DNA of 64,000 nucleotides from Felis catus (GCF_018350175.1 NC_058383.1:6016001-6080000); one strand, 5' to 3'. Numbered from the stretch's first letter, positions 1 through 11,873 are shown. Numbers and translations: made by a program. Notes: a model not told the origin generated them from the letters alone.

Positions 1-703
1 GGGCAGGGAAGGCAACTTTACTCGGAAAGCCAGCAAACAGAGCATGTGGTGGGCTCTTGTCCCAAAGAAACAACTCCTCTCGCCATGAAATTCAAACTTC
101 TTTTCTGCCCGCAGAAAGGGGGACGAGTGAGGGGCATTGGAGTCAAAAGATCACTAACCTCTGTAGCCTGGGGCGGGAGGTCACGCAACTTTTTTGTTCT
201 CAGTCAGTTGATGTGGGGGTACAGGAATCTGGTCATGCCATTCCCATAAATCTTAAACATGGAGTCATTTCTGTCTTCCTTGCCTCCTCAGGTGAGGTAG
301 GTTTTGGGTAAAAAAGCAGCTTTTGCAAATCTGAGCTGTAAGCAAAATTCCTTCGATGAGCAGCAGGCCTATGTGCAGGGCTAATCGGAAAAGTTCCTGA
401 GCTAGAGGAACTCTAAGCGTGACTCTCGGTTTCGGCTCAGGTCATGATCTCACGTTTTCATGAGACCGAGCCCAGCATCCGGCTCTGTGCAGAAAGTGCA
501 GAGCCTGCGTGGGATTCTCTCTCTCTCTCTGTCTTTTTGCCCTTCCCCTGCTAGTACTATCTCTGTCTCTTTCAAGGTAAAATAAACTTAAAAAAAAAAA
601 AAAAGTTCCTAAGCTAATAGGTCACAGCAGCAAGGGAAACCTTAGCAACATGGAGTCAGACATGCTAAGTTTCTCCCTCGGGAGTGACTGTAAGTTGGTC
701 ACT
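1..703 (-). mobile_element. Probable ERV1-class solo LTR, cut by the window edge and interrupted by a Can-SINE
   Basis: The minus strand begins TGACC..., contains GACTCCATGTT twice (a motif typical of MER4/MER41-group LTRs) and has an AGTAAAG polyA-like signal near the window start. Family not assigned. Confidence 0.45.
405..600 (+). mobile_element. Can-SINE with a degenerate or shortened 5' head
   Basis: GGCTCAGGTCATGATCTC body, (CT)n tract and A-tail. TSD AAAAGTTCCTRAGCTA at 389-404 and 601-616. Confidence 0.9.
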
Positions 704-801
704 TACTGAAGCTGAGGTGGGGGTGGGGGTGGGGGGTACTTGACATTTACTTTCTCTATTGTTATTTGTATTTGAAATTTTCCTTAATAAAAAGGCTTTT
801 G

Positions 802-1012
802 TTTTTAATTTTTTTTTGATGTTTATTTTTGAGAGAGAGACAGACCATGGGTGAGGGAGGAGCAGAGAGAGAGGGAGACACAGAATCTGAAGCAGGCTCC
901 AGGCTCTGAGCTGTCAGCACAGAGCCCAACACGGGGCTTGAACCCACAAACCGTGAGATCATGACCTGAGCCGAAGTCAGATGCTTAACCCACTGAGCTG
1001 CCCAGGTGCCCC
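802..1012 (-). mobile_element. Can-SINE (feliform type)
   Basis: T-rich tail, (GA)n, reverse complement of the SINE body, ending CCCAGGTGCCCC. Confidence 0.95.
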
Positions 1013-1243
1013 TACAGCCTTGTTTTTTTTGTTTTGTTTTGTTTTGTTTTTTTAATTTAAGATGCAGTGAACTTCCCAAACTAGTAATAACTTTTTAACC
1101 AAGTTCAGAAGTTAATTTTTAATTGGCTAAAATATCTGATCAACAAATAGGTTTTCTCTCAGTGGAAGAAAAAAGTGATTTTTTTTTCCCCCAGAAAAGA
1201 AAAATTTGCCTGATATGTTATGCTTACTAAATAGCAAATTAAA

Positions 1244-1251
<8 letters not shown>

Positions 1252-1279
<28 letters not shown>
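1252..1279. repeat. (TA)n microsatellite after an A-tract
   Basis: Seen directly. Confidence 0.95.
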
Positions 1280-1282
<3 letters not shown>

Positions 1283-2060
1283 CAGCTTGAGGACATCAGT
1301 GAACCTAATGTCTTACCCCCACCTCTGTGATGATTTCTCTGGAACCCTGTTGCCCAGCCCTGTATGCCCAGGGTCCCTATGCCTCCCAAGGCAATTCTCC
1401 CGATGCCCAGCCTTTTTTAGGTACCACCCTCTCCAAACCTTCTCAGTAGCTGCTAGCATTCCACAGCCCAGTACTTACCCCCCCCCCCCTCCGCAGCCCC
1501 TTTGTGTGTCTTTAAGGCCAGTCTGTCCCTGGCTTCCATGGCTTTGTTAATTAAATTTGTTCTCGAAGGTGTGGCTTATAAACAAACCTTGCATTTACTG
1601 AAGTGGCCATAAAGGAACTCCTAGTAGGTCAAATTTCACCATTGCCCCTGCAGGCTCATCTACAGAAAAGTTTTGCTTTTTGCTAAAAGGCATGCCCCTC
1701 TGGGCTGAGGGCTCAGTGTGCCCGTGGGACTCAGTCGTCTATCCAATTCATCAAAGCCTCTGATTAGGTCTCCAGGAGCCAAGAGTTTTGCACTGCACAT
1801 GTTGAAAGGGTTTTCCACAGGTGTTCAAAGACATGCCCTAAAGTGGAGGTCCTGTGGCGCCAGCAGCCTGAGCGGTGTCTGTGGCCCCCTGCTCCTTGAC
1901 CATGTGTCTCAAGGTCTGAGGTCACAAGCACCTCCTGGGATCTGAGGGGTCCTTCGCTGTCAGCGTGGCCTGCCTGTCTGGGGCAGCTGCCGCGGGAGTG
2001 ACCTGGACCCAGAATCACCCTCCAGAGAGCAGGGAGGGAAAGTAGGCCCTGACACAGCAT

Positions 2061-2113
2061 CTCTGAGCCTCAGTTTTCTTGTCTGCAAAATGGGGAGAGA
2101 ATAAGGGTACCTA
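2061..2113. mobile_element. MIR core fragment
   Basis: CTCTGAGCCTCAGTTTTCTTGTCTGCAAAATGGGG...GTACCTAC matches the MIR core. Confidence 0.75.
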
Positions 2114-2114
2114 C

Positions 2115-2428
2115 TGTATTGGTTTCCTGGGGCTTCTATAACAAATGACCACAGACTTGGTAGCTTAACACAACAGAAATTTGTTGTCTCACCATTCTGG
2201 AGGCCAGACGTTCAAATCCACGTCCCTGGTCTAAACTCAGGGTGCTGGAAAGACTGAGCTCCCTCTGGCGGCTCTAGGGGAGGATCTGATTCTTGCTTCT
2301 TCCAGCCTCCAATGCTGCCTCCATTCCTTGGTTTGTGGCAACATCGCTCCAGCCTCTGCCTCGGTGGTCTCGTGGCTTCCTCCTCTTCTGTGCCAAACGT
2401 CCTTCCGAATCTCTCTTATGAGGACACT
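2115..2428 (-). mobile_element. MaLR LTR fragment (MLT1-type)
   Basis: TGTATTGGTTTCCTGGGGCTTCTATAACAAATGACCACAGACTTGGTAGCTTAACACAACAGAAATT ... CTCTTATGAGGACACT, the reverse of the MLT1 3' end. Confidence 0.85.
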
Positions 2429-2514
2429 TTGGGGAGCATGTTAGAAATGCAGACTCTTAATGCTAACCTGCAGAGATTCTGATTCTTTGGGCCTGGGGGC
2501 AGGAATCTGCACTA

Positions 2515-2736
2515 TTTTTTAAAGTTATTTGTATATATTTATCTTTTGAGAGAGAAAGAGAACAGGCTGCGGAGGGGCACAGAGAGGGAGGGAGGGAGAG
2601 AGAGAGAAATCCCAAGCAGGCTGCACGCCGTGGGCACAGAGTCCAATGCGGGGCTCAAACTCACAAGCTGTGAGATCGTGACCCGAGCTGCAACCAAGAG
2701 TCAGACGCTTACCCAGCTGAGCCACCCAGGCGCCCC
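2515..2736 (-). mobile_element. Can-SINE
   Basis: Reverse-complement body ending GCCACCCAGGCGCCCC. Confidence 0.95.
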
Positions 2737-3239
2737 TACGTGTTCAGAGCTTTTATGAAAATGTTTCTGAAATGTATTACGTATTCTCCCCAACAGTGTT
2801 TCCGGACGGTAGCTCAGCCTTTTACAGCGAACACAGCGATGGCGGCCACACGATTCTTGCCGTGCCCACCTGTCATCGGAGCAGCCCAGCAGGTGGAAAG
2901 ACGGCGAGGCGTCTGCTCCAACCTGAAAGCACGGACGCCTGTAGCACTCAGGTTCCCGTTTTCGACTTTCCAGTCTCCTTCCTCCTGCCAGGTAACTATT
3001 GTTTCATCTGTAGGCATCCCTCCTGCAGGCAGACATCCCTCTCTCTCACTTCCCCTCATTTTATTTGGACTCTTCTAGTAGCTGTGGGCTGGGAAGTGAT
3101 ACTGTGGCTTGTTAGCACTTTTTGCAAAAGAAGAGTTAATGGCCTCGAGGTAGGAGCCTCGAGGAGGTCTCTGAGGACAATCATCTTTTATTATTATTAT
3201 TGGCTTATGTACCTTCCTCCACCACCAAGGAGAAACGCT

Positions 3240-4052
3240 TTGTATCCCTCACTTATTTTTAGTTGACTTCAAATTTTTTCATGAATTTAAATGGTTGCAA
3301 AGGATAAAATGTCTTACAGGTTGTAAATCTTAACATTGTAAAAATAATACTATGGGGGCGCCTGGGTGGCTCAGTCGGTTGAGCGGCCGACTTCGGCTCA
3401 GGTCATGATCTCGCGGTCCGTGGGTTCGAGCCCCGCGTCAGACTCTGTGCTGACAGCTCAGAGCCTGGAGCCTGTTTCAGATTCTGTGTCTCCCTCTCTC
3501 TGACCCTCCCCCGTTCATGCTCTGTCTCTCTCTGTCTCAAAAATAAACGTTAAAAAAAATTTTTTTTTAAATACTATATCACTCTCTTAAATGTATCCAG
3601 TGAAACCTAAATGCCATAGTAATTTGATATCCATCGTCCTTCATTTAGAAGATACACGAAAAAGCTCCTTTTAAGAGTCAAAAATTTTGTAAGTTTTGTG
3701 TCTCTCCTTGAACTCATATTTCCATTCCATTTCTTCCACAAAATTGCATTCTCACGTAATATATTTTTATGCTTGAAAGTATTTTATTAATCATCCTATC
3801 ATAATTCTCTCAACAAAAAGTACAGAAGTTAAAATTACATTTTTTAATTACCTGTGACCATAAAGCTCCAGAGTTAAATTTTTTTTTCTGGGGTTTGAAC
3901 TAACAGTACAATCATGACTATCCAATTTATCAAAACCGATTCATCGCACATCTTTATAAATAATTATAAGCATAAAAATAAAAGTTGTTAGGACTGCATC
4001 TCTTAGTGAGTTGGATGAGGCTGTCTTTATTCTGTTAGTTTGGGAACCTGTG
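3240..4052. mobile_element. Possible old hAT/Charlie-type DNA transposon remnant (AT-rich), interrupted by a SINE
   Basis: Abrupt AT-rich block ending GTTTGGGAACC, which resembles hAT-Charlie termini. Family uncertain. Confidence 0.35.
3354..3569 (+). mobile_element. Can-SINE, young (CpG-rich)
   Basis: Full head GGGGCGCCTGGGTGGCTCAGTCGGTT with CpGs intact. TSD AATACTAT at 3346-3353 and 3570-3577. Confidence 0.97.
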
Positions 4053-4110
4053 GATGAGCATAACCCTTGCTGCAAAGACCCAGAATTTAGCGTTGATTTT
4101 TCTCCTGTTC

Positions 4111-4330
4111 AAAAAAAAATTTTTTTTAAATGTATATTTATTTTTGACAGAGAGACACACACAGCGAGCGAGGGAGGGGCAGAGAGAGAGGGAGACACAG
4201 AATCCGAAGCAGGCTCCAGGCTCTGAGTTGTCAGCACAGAGCCCAACACGGGGCCCCGAACTCACAAACCGCGAGATCATGGCCTGAGTTGAAGTCAGAT
4301 GCTCAACCAACTGAGCCACTCAGGAGCCCC
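4111..4330 (-). mobile_element. Can-SINE
   Basis: TSD GATTTTTCTCCT at 4095-4106 and 4332-4343. Confidence 0.95.
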
Positions 4331-4385
4331 AGATTTTTCTCCTTTTTTTTTTTTTAAATGTAACTTTAAAAAACAGACTGGTTCA

Positions 4386-4587
4386 GGGGTGCCTGGGTGG
4401 CCCAGTCGGTTAAGTGTCCGACTTCAGCTCAGGTCATGATCTCTCAGTTTGTGAGCTCAAGCCCCACGTCAGGCTCTGTGCTGACAGCTTGGAGCCTGGA
4501 GCCTGCTTTGGATTCTCTCTCCCTCTCTCTGCCCCTCCCCTGCTCATGCTCTGTCTCTCTCTCAAAAATAAATAAACGTTAAAAAAC
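4386..4587 (+). mobile_element. Can-SINE
   Basis: TSD CAGACTGGTTCA at 4374-4385 and 4588-4599. Confidence 0.95.
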
Positions 4588-4835
4588 CAGACTGGTTCAT
4601 AAAATAAGTAGATGGGAATGGAAGGGTTTTGTTATAGCAGCTCTCCTCAGCCGTGTGAACTCTGTCAGCCTTATGGCCAAAACTCACGTGCTGATCTATC
4701 ATGAAAAACTTTCCATCCGGTGACAAGTTCATTTGGGCTGAAAGCCCAGTTTTGGAAACACTGTGATTTGTACCCATTCTCCCTCTGCAATAGGGTTCTA
4801 GATGGAGGCAGAGAAACTGTGGGGGTTGCGGGGGG

Positions 4836-4932
4836 CAGAGAGGAAAGAGAGGAGACAGGAGAGAGAGAGGAGAGAGGTAGAGAGAGGGGAGAGAGAGGAG
4901 AGGAAAGAGAGAGCTAGAGATGGGAGAAGGGA
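4836..4932. repeat. GA-rich low-complexity purine tract
   Basis: Seen directly (GAGAGGAAAGAGAGGAG...). Confidence 0.85.
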
Positions 4933-5819
4933 GTCTTCGGAGGGCAAGGCAGCTAAGGGAAAGGTTGATGTCAGCTGCCTTCTCTGCTGAACACAATCCA
5001 GGAAGCTGATTTCCTTAACCCCGTGCGCCCCAGTTGGGATGGGAGTGCCAGAAGCTCCCAGAACTTGGCCTCGGAAGCCCAACCAGGTGAGCACTTGGAC
5101 TGATGGAGGGCTGTCTCATGCCTGGAGAATGTCGCCTCCCTGGGGACGGCCCTCCTGGGCCTCGCTTTGCTCAGTCCCCAGCGCCTGCCCAGGGCTGTCC
5201 ACGCAGGCAGGGGAAGGGGATGTGTGAGGCTGAACTGTGGCGGGAGGCTGGGCCGGGAGACCCCCACGGCGAAAACGCCGCGACACCCACACTGACGATC
5301 AAGAGCGAGGAGGCCATCCGGGCATTGCTTCCGTGGTGCCAGCCTTCAGCTCGGCCCGTTTCGACGTGTTTCTGACAGGGCTAACCAGAGAATCATCAGT
5401 AGAGCTGAAACCCCTTTCCTTTTTCGATTTCACATTTGTGTCCATTTCTTCATTCACCGATTGGGAGGGCAGGAAGCCTTCATTAGGTTTCTGCCTTCCG
5501 TGTCCCGCACCCCATACGGAGCACAGGACACACACGTGAGTTGGGAGAGCCTCCTGTCCTCAGGGGCCTCACCATGGGGAGGAGGGACCGACAGGGAGAC
5601 AACAGCCCTCACCTGGAACAGAAATCCAACCCTGGATGTGGCAGGAGTAAATGAGATCCGGGATCTGGAGGGCTTTTCGGTGGTGGCCCTTCACGCTGTC
5701 TGCTCTGGACGGGCACCCACACCCACCTTTTCCCATCCGGGTAGGTTGGCATTTGGGGGAGGGGCAACTCTGATCTCGAAGCATTCCCCCAAACACTGAC
5801 AGCTTCCAAATGGTGCCTC

Positions 5820-6038
5820 TTTTTATTTAATTTTTTTTAATGTTTTATTTTATATTTGAGAGGGGGGGGTGGTGAGCAAGGGAGGGGAAGAGAGAGAGGG
5901 AGACACAGAATCTGAAGCAGGCTCCAGGCTCCGAGCTGTCAGCACAGAGCTGGACGCAGGGCTCGGACTCATGAGCAGTGAGATCATGACCTGAGCCGAA
6001 GTCAGACACTTAACCGACCCAGCCACCCAGGCGCCCCC
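5820..6038 (-). mobile_element. Can-SINE
   Basis: Reverse-complement body ending CCCAGGCGCCCC. GTGCCTCTTT repeated on both sides. Confidence 0.95.
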
Positions 6039-6857
6039 ACACTGTGCCTCTTTGATACGTGATGTGAGAAAAGTTTTGGGGTGGGGAACTTCAGTGTTCC
6101 TGATCTCCCCAGGTGGGTGCCCCCAGCTCCCCATCTAAACCAGAGCTTAATGCTGGGCTGTGTCAGGTCACTGTCCTTACCTGACTGTCCTTGTCTTGTC
6201 TCTCTGTTTTTAAAACAGTTGATGATTTAGAAAGCTTAATGTTTGTTGAGCGTTATTTTTTTCTTTCTTCTCTCTGTCTCTCTCCCCCACCCTATTCCCT
6301 ACCTCCCTTCTTCCTTCTCTCCTTTTTTTTTCATTTTGAGATCAAATTTATCCAAGCATAATTTACATACAATAAAATTCACTTCCCTACTTAGACATTT
6401 CTAAGAGTTTTCACAAATGCCTATAGCGTGTAACTCCCATGGTCAAGATACGGAACATTTCCATTGTGCTAAAAAAAAACTCCCTCACACCCCATTGGAA
6501 TCAACCACTCCCCCTCCCTCACCCCGGCAACCACAGATGGACAGATGGACAGATGTGTTCTCCATCCCTAGAGTTTTGTGTTTTCCAGATTGTCATATAG
6601 ATGGACTCATGCAGAAGGTTGCCTTTCACTTCTGGCTTCTCTCAGCATAATACACATGTGATTTACATGTGAACTACAGGGTGTCGATCCACTCCCCCCA
6701 TCGAGGGATGCCTGGGTTGTTTCCAGTTTGGGGGCGATTATGACAGATTTGCAGTGGAGATCAGAGCACAGGTCTCTATGTGGACATAAGCTTTCATTTC
6801 TCTTGGATCAATGCCCAGGATTGTGCTGGCTGGGTCAAATGCTAAGTACTTTAAGTT

Positions 6858-7010
6858 ACTGGTTCTCAACTGGGGGTGATCTTGACCCTCAGGGACATTT
6901 GGCAACGCTGAGGCTATCTTTGGTTGTCACACGGCAGGTGCACATGACAGGCCCTGAGGCAGAGCGCTTTTAGGCCCAAACATCCGCGGGCCTCAGGGTG
7001 AGAAAGTCTG
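6858..7010. mobile_element. MER20-like hAT-Charlie MITE
   Basis: GGTTCTCAACTGGGGGTGAT...CAGGGACATTTGGCAA...TTTGGTTGTCAC...GGTGAGAAA. Confidence 0.8.
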
Positions 7011-7149
7011 GTTTCCGCTTTTTAAGAAACTGCCAAGCTGTCCTCCACAGTGACCGAGCCAGCGTTGACTGAGAACTTTGGTTGTTCTGTGTCCTTGCTG
7101 GCATCTGATGCTGTCAGTCTCTCCTTCTCAAAATATTTTTTTTATTTTA

Positions 7150-7281
7150 GGGGCATCTGGGTGGCTCAGTCAGTTAGCGTCCAACTTCAGCTCAGGTCAT
7201 GATCTCACGGTCCATAGGTTCAAGCCCCGCGTCGGGCTCTGTGCTGACAGCTCGGAGCCTGGAGCCTGCTTCAGATTCCAT

Positions 7282-7317
<36 letters not shown>

Positions 7318-7381
7318 CTCCACAGCTCACACGCTGTCGGTCTCTCTCTCTCTCAAAAATAAACAAACATTAAAAAAAATT
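7150..7381 (+). mobile_element. Can-SINE
   Basis: Full body. AAAATATTT(T)nATTTTAG duplicated on both sides. Confidence 0.95.
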
Positions 7382-7500
7382 AAAATATTTTTTATTTTAG
7401 CTGTTCTAATAGGTCATGTCTCCTTGTGGTTTTAGTTTGCATTTCCCTGATGACTAATGACACTGAGCATCTTTTCAGGTGCTTTTTGCCCATCCATGCA

Positions 7501-7841
7501 CAGGTGACCCTTGCACAATGCAGGGGTTAGGGGCGCCGACCCTCAACCCCCCTCCCCTAGCTGAAAATCCACATGTGACTTTTGACTCTCCCCAAATCTA
7601 ACTATGAACAGCCTACTGCTGACCAGAAGCCTTACTGGTAACATAAACAATTAATACATCTTTTGTATGTTGTATTATATACTGTGTTCTTACAATGAAG
7701 CAAGCTTGGCAAAAGAAAAATGCTATTAAGAAAATCATAGGGAAGAAAAAAATACATTTACAGAACTGTAATGTATTTATTGGGAAAAAAATCTGCCTAT
7801 AAGTGGACCCGTTCGAACCCGTATTGCTCAAGGGTTAATTG
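7501..7841. mobile_element. Tigger3a/MER7-like Tc1-mariner MITE, apparently complete
   Basis: Imperfect terminal inverted repeats CAGGTGACCCTTGCACAA and TTGCTCAAGGGTTAATTG, followed by TA. 341 bp long. Confidence 0.85.
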
Positions 7842-8123
7842 TACTTACCTTTGGCGGTCTGCCCAAATCTTTTGCCCATTTTTTACGGAATTATTTGTTT
7901 TCTTTATTATAGACATTTCTTATTTCTTTCCTATTTTAATCCCCATAATAATCCTGTGAAATGGATTTAATAACTCACATTTAATACATAAGAAATAGAG
8001 ACTCTGAGATGTCATAGGACACATGGGAGACCCCAGGGATCTCTGACTCTTCCCTCCCACCCCCATCCAGGCATCTTTGGTGACAGAGTCTGTGCTCTAA
8101 GCCATAGAGAGCATCGAACCACT

Positions 8124-8243
8124 TTCCTTCCTCCCTTCCCTCCTTCCTTCCTTCCTCCTTCCTTCCTAACTTCCTTCCTTCCCTCCTTCCCTCCTTCCTT
8201 CCTTCCTTCCTTCCTTCCTTCCTTCCTTCCTTCCTTCCTTCCC
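8124..8243. repeat. (CCTT)n tetranucleotide microsatellite, imperfect at the 5' end
   Basis: Seen directly. Confidence 0.95.
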
Positions 8244-9067
8244 TCATGATCTGTCCCTCATTTTCTCTTTTCCCCTCTCCTTTGTCAGACAAGTTCTCTT
8301 TGAAAGAACAAGAAAGAAGCCAAACCAATTTTTTTAAGGAAACAAATTCTGTGTATTTCTTGATGAATTCTGGCCTACTTAGCTCAGAGGAAGAATTTGA
8401 GAACAGAAATTTCTTTGCTTTTTCCTGGCTAGAACTCATGCTGAGATGGGGGAGGGGGTTAGATTATTATTTTGACAGAGCTAAGAATTATTTGGATGAA
8501 AAATGGATCCCCACTTGAGTGGGAACGAGATCTCATGGCAAGAACAGAGGGGTGAGGTTACCGATGGCCTTGATATACGAGACTCCAAATTAATAACTTA
8601 ACTCCCGCTTTCTTGCAAACCTGAGATATCAGCAGTGTTTCCTTGACTGTGACTTAATAATTGCAACCTGTGTTCCAAGGAAGGCTTCGTTCTTCTCTAA
8701 ATGAGCAACATAAAAAGCCAGTTTCCAAGTATGTGCAGCATGAGACACATTTGGTAGAGTTAACATCACAATCTCATCAACGACAAAAGAGAGGAAGTAA
8801 CACTTTGGGAGGCCGCCCGTTCGATTGATCCAGTAAATTCTCCCAACAAAGCACCAGGGTCCCCAGCTTTGCCGCTCACGTGCTGTGGTGACCCCACCAC
8901 CGGTGCCCATGACCCTGGCCGCTCCTTGGAAGAAGCAGGAGGGCACAAACGTGCAGCCCATTACATGGCCGGGCTCGTGGGCGGGGTGGGCTCGCCGCAC
9001 ACTGGAAGCCCCCAGATATCTGGCTGGTCCCTCATATCTGCTCCCACATGTCTCCGTTTACGAGGAC

Positions 9068-9965
9068 TGTCTGATGTCCTTTTCCTTCCCGACACCAAAA
9101 ATGTAATGTCTTCTCTGACATCCAGTTCTGCAACTCCCCACACACCAACGGCATGTCCTGCAATTCAGTCTTATTGTGACGCTAACTCCCAGGGTTGGCA
9201 CGGAGCCCGTATGTTAAGGACTCAGGCCCACAAGACTAGCCCCCTACTTTAGACACCGGTCACAAGTCCCAGGGGCCACCTGCACTTGTGGTTGGCCGGC
9301 TGTCAATTCAGGGGTGCCCACGCCTCCTCCTCAGGTTTGATAATTTGTTAGAACAACTCACAGAACTCGGGAAAACACTGCTCACATTTACTGGGTTTCC
9401 TATAATGGGTACAACTCCAGAACTATCAGAGGAAGAGGCGAGGTGTGGGGGAAGGGGTACAGATCTTCCGCGTCCTCTCCGGGAGCACCACCCTCCCAGT
9501 GAGTCCGTGTGTTCACCAGCCCGGGAGCTGATGCACGTTTATAACCCAATCTCCAGCACCCCTCCCCTCCCCATAGTCTGGGGGGGGAGGGGCTGGTGAG
9601 GCTGAAAGTTCTCACCTTCTTTATTTGTTTAATTTGCTTTTTATTTCATTTTTAATCTTTTTATGTTTATTTTTGAGAGATAGAGAGAGCAGGGGAGGGG
9701 CAGAGAGAGGGGGACAGAGGATCCGAAGTGGGCTCTGGGCTGACAGCAGCAAGCCTGACGTGGGGCTTGAACTCACAAACTGTGAGATCACGACCTGAGC
9801 CGAAATCATGAGCCAGACCCTTAACCGACTGAGCCACCCAGGTGCTCCATAAAAGTCTTCACCCTCTGGTCCCATGTTTAGTCTTTCTGGGGACCAGCCC
9901 CCATCCTGAAGCTATCTAGGGGCCCACGCAGAGTGACCTCGTTAGCAGAAATTCAGGTGTGGTGG
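9068..9965. mobile_element. MER21-family LTR interrupted by a Can-SINE
   Basis: TCAGGTTTGATAATTTGTTAGAACAACTCACAGAACTC and CCAGCCCCCATCCTGAAGCTATCTAGGGGCCC are MER21 hallmarks. Confidence 0.8.
9621..9848 (-). mobile_element. Can-SINE
   Basis: Reverse body. Diverged TSD AAAGTTCTCACCTTCT / AAAGTCTTCACCCTCT. Confidence 0.93.
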
Positions 9966-10399
9966 CGAATGATGATACCAGCTAGTGATGAGGGGCCTGA
10001 GAGCGGGCTGGAGGGCAGGGGTGACTCAGAGTTGGGGTGTAGACATGAGCTGGTAGGGCCTAAAGGTGGGTGGAACCAAAAGTAAAAAAAGTGGGAAGAG
10101 GGAGAGGCTGGCTGGAAAGAGGCTGGGATTAGGCGGGCGGCTAGCCAGCCCAGGTGCCCTGTGCGCCACCCCGGCCGGCCAGCCCCTCCCCCTGCGTGTC
10201 CCGCTCTGGCAGTGCTAGGTCTGTGCACATCAGTGGGAGCCAGGCCCCAGCTCTGAGGGAGGAGTGGCGCGAGGGGTCAAGAGAGTTGCTCCATCCACAA
10301 TTCAGTCCGTCCGGCTGCCATCAGAGGCAACTAGAATTTGATCCAGGGGTTCCTGCTGACCCCAGGGAAGAGATCAAGCATTAGATGCCAGTGCAGAAA

Positions 10400-10604
10400 G
10401 GACACCCCGGGGGACTCAGTCAGTTGAGCATTCGACTCTTAATGTCGACTCAGGTCATGATCTCACTGTTGTGGGATCGAGCCCCGCGTCAGGCTCTGCG
10501 CTGAATGTGGAACCTGCCTGAGATTCTCTCTTTCTGCCCCTCCCCCACTTGCACTCCCTCCCTCCCTCCCTCTCTCTCTCAAAAAAAAAAAAAAAAAAAA
10601 AAAA
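10400..10604 (+). mobile_element. Can-SINE
   Basis: Body plus a pure A-tail. TSD CCAGTGCAGAA at 10388-10398 and 10606-10616. Confidence 0.92.
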
Positions 10605-11389
10605 TCCAGTGCAGAAGGGCAAATGTGAGCACCACCCCCTTGAAGGCCAGCCTGCCCCAGGCCATGGAACTCACAGAATTCGCAGCTGCCCCGTTCCCTA
10701 GACCCACAGCCAGATCTGCCAAAGGCTTGGAGGCGGGGAGTACCCCTCCCCACGTATTATGCCAGGCGGGGCCTCTAGGCTCTGACGTTGACCCCAACAA
10801 AGGCTGAGGCCCCAGTGGTGTCCTGCCAGCTCCTGGGGTAACAGGTAGACCAGGGCCCACGTGGTTGTTCAGGAGTCATAATGAGAATGCTTCAAGCCCC
10901 TAACCACCAGGTTGCTGGGGATCCAGAGCCTGGAGATACCATGACTCATTAGCTATTATTTTTAGTTTTATGCCACAGAAGATGTGCAGGAACGAGATCA
11001 GCTTAAATGTCTTGCTATAAAAAGGATGATGGATGGGGGGCGGTGGGAAAAGACAGAAAGCCAGACAGACATGGACAGACAGAGACCGAGGGGAAGAAAC
11101 TAAGAAATACACCAAGATGTTAGCAAGAGTTTCCCCTAAGCGGCAAGATTAGGAATAATCTTAAAATATTTCTATAAAGAATTCATATTATTTTTATAAT
11201 TAAAAAATACATGTTAAATAAATGCACAAGGCATGAGAAGTCCTGAGAAGCTATTCTAGAATCAGCATTACGCAGGCCTTCTACCTAGTTACTGGCCTTG
11301 CTGGTTACTGGCCTTGCTGGTAGAGAAGACCACTTCTCTCCCAGGGATTTCAAAGAAAGTTCTGGAACCAACATGAGCTACACATGCAC

Positions 11390-11862
11390 TCCTGAAACAA
11401 AAACGACTTTCTCACCTCCTGGAGTTCACACTGTGTAGACCTCTCTCCGTGGACAGGACTGGTCTGTGTAACTAAGAGAATGTTGCTGAAATGAGGGAGT
11501 GTGACTTCAGAGTCCAGGTCATAAAGGACATTGTAGCCTCACCTTGTACATCTTAGCTCTCTCACTGTAGCCAAAGCCAGCCGCCATGTCAGCAGAATAC
11601 TCCAACAGCCCTGTGGAGAACTGAGGCCTCCCTCCAACAGCCAGCACCAACATGGCAGCCATGTGAGTGAACTTCATGGAAGGGACTCCTCCAGCCCCAG
11701 TCAAGCCTTCAGATGACAACAGGCTGGGCTGCTCACCTGACTGCAATGTCATGAGAGACCGGGAGCCAGAATCACCCAGCTTAGCTCCTCCGGAATCCCT
11801 GAGCTACAGAGACCATGTAGAACCTTTGCTCTTTTAAGTTTGAGGTGATAGATAATTAACAC
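11390..11862 (+). mobile_element. MaLR LTR (older MLT1 type)
   Basis: GTGTGACTTC, GAACTGAGGCCTCC, CCCCAGTCAAGCCTTCAGATGAC, ending GATAATTAACACA. Confidence 0.85.
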
Positions 11863-11873
11863 AAATGGTGACC

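Larger units (their letters stand above)
6325..7920 (-). mobile_element. Old L1 (L1M-type) 3' region, split by MER20, a SINE and Tigger3a
   Basis: TAATTTACATACAATAAAATTCAC, TTCATTTCTCTTGGATCAATGCCCAGGA and TTTGCATTTCCCTGATGACTAATGA...GAGCATCTTTTCA are diagnostic reverse L1 3' motifs. Confidence 0.85.

Noticed and set aside
762..1079. Recurrent ORFs with 'AQVMISRFV...LEPASDSVSPSLS' peptides across the window, resembling a gene family
   Set aside because: They are translations of Can-SINE copies.
2950..3000. Possible 18-nt micro-exon (TTTCCAG|TCTCCTTCCTCCTGCCAG|GTAACT)
   Set aside because: Splice-like motifs of this strength occur by chance and no partner exons are visible. RNA-seq junction reads would be needed.
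3354..3435. tRNA-like A/B-box sequence (GGTTCGAGCCCC) as a tRNA gene
   Set aside because: It is the tRNA-derived head of a Can-SINE followed by the SINE body, CT tract and A-tail. The same applies to the other copies.
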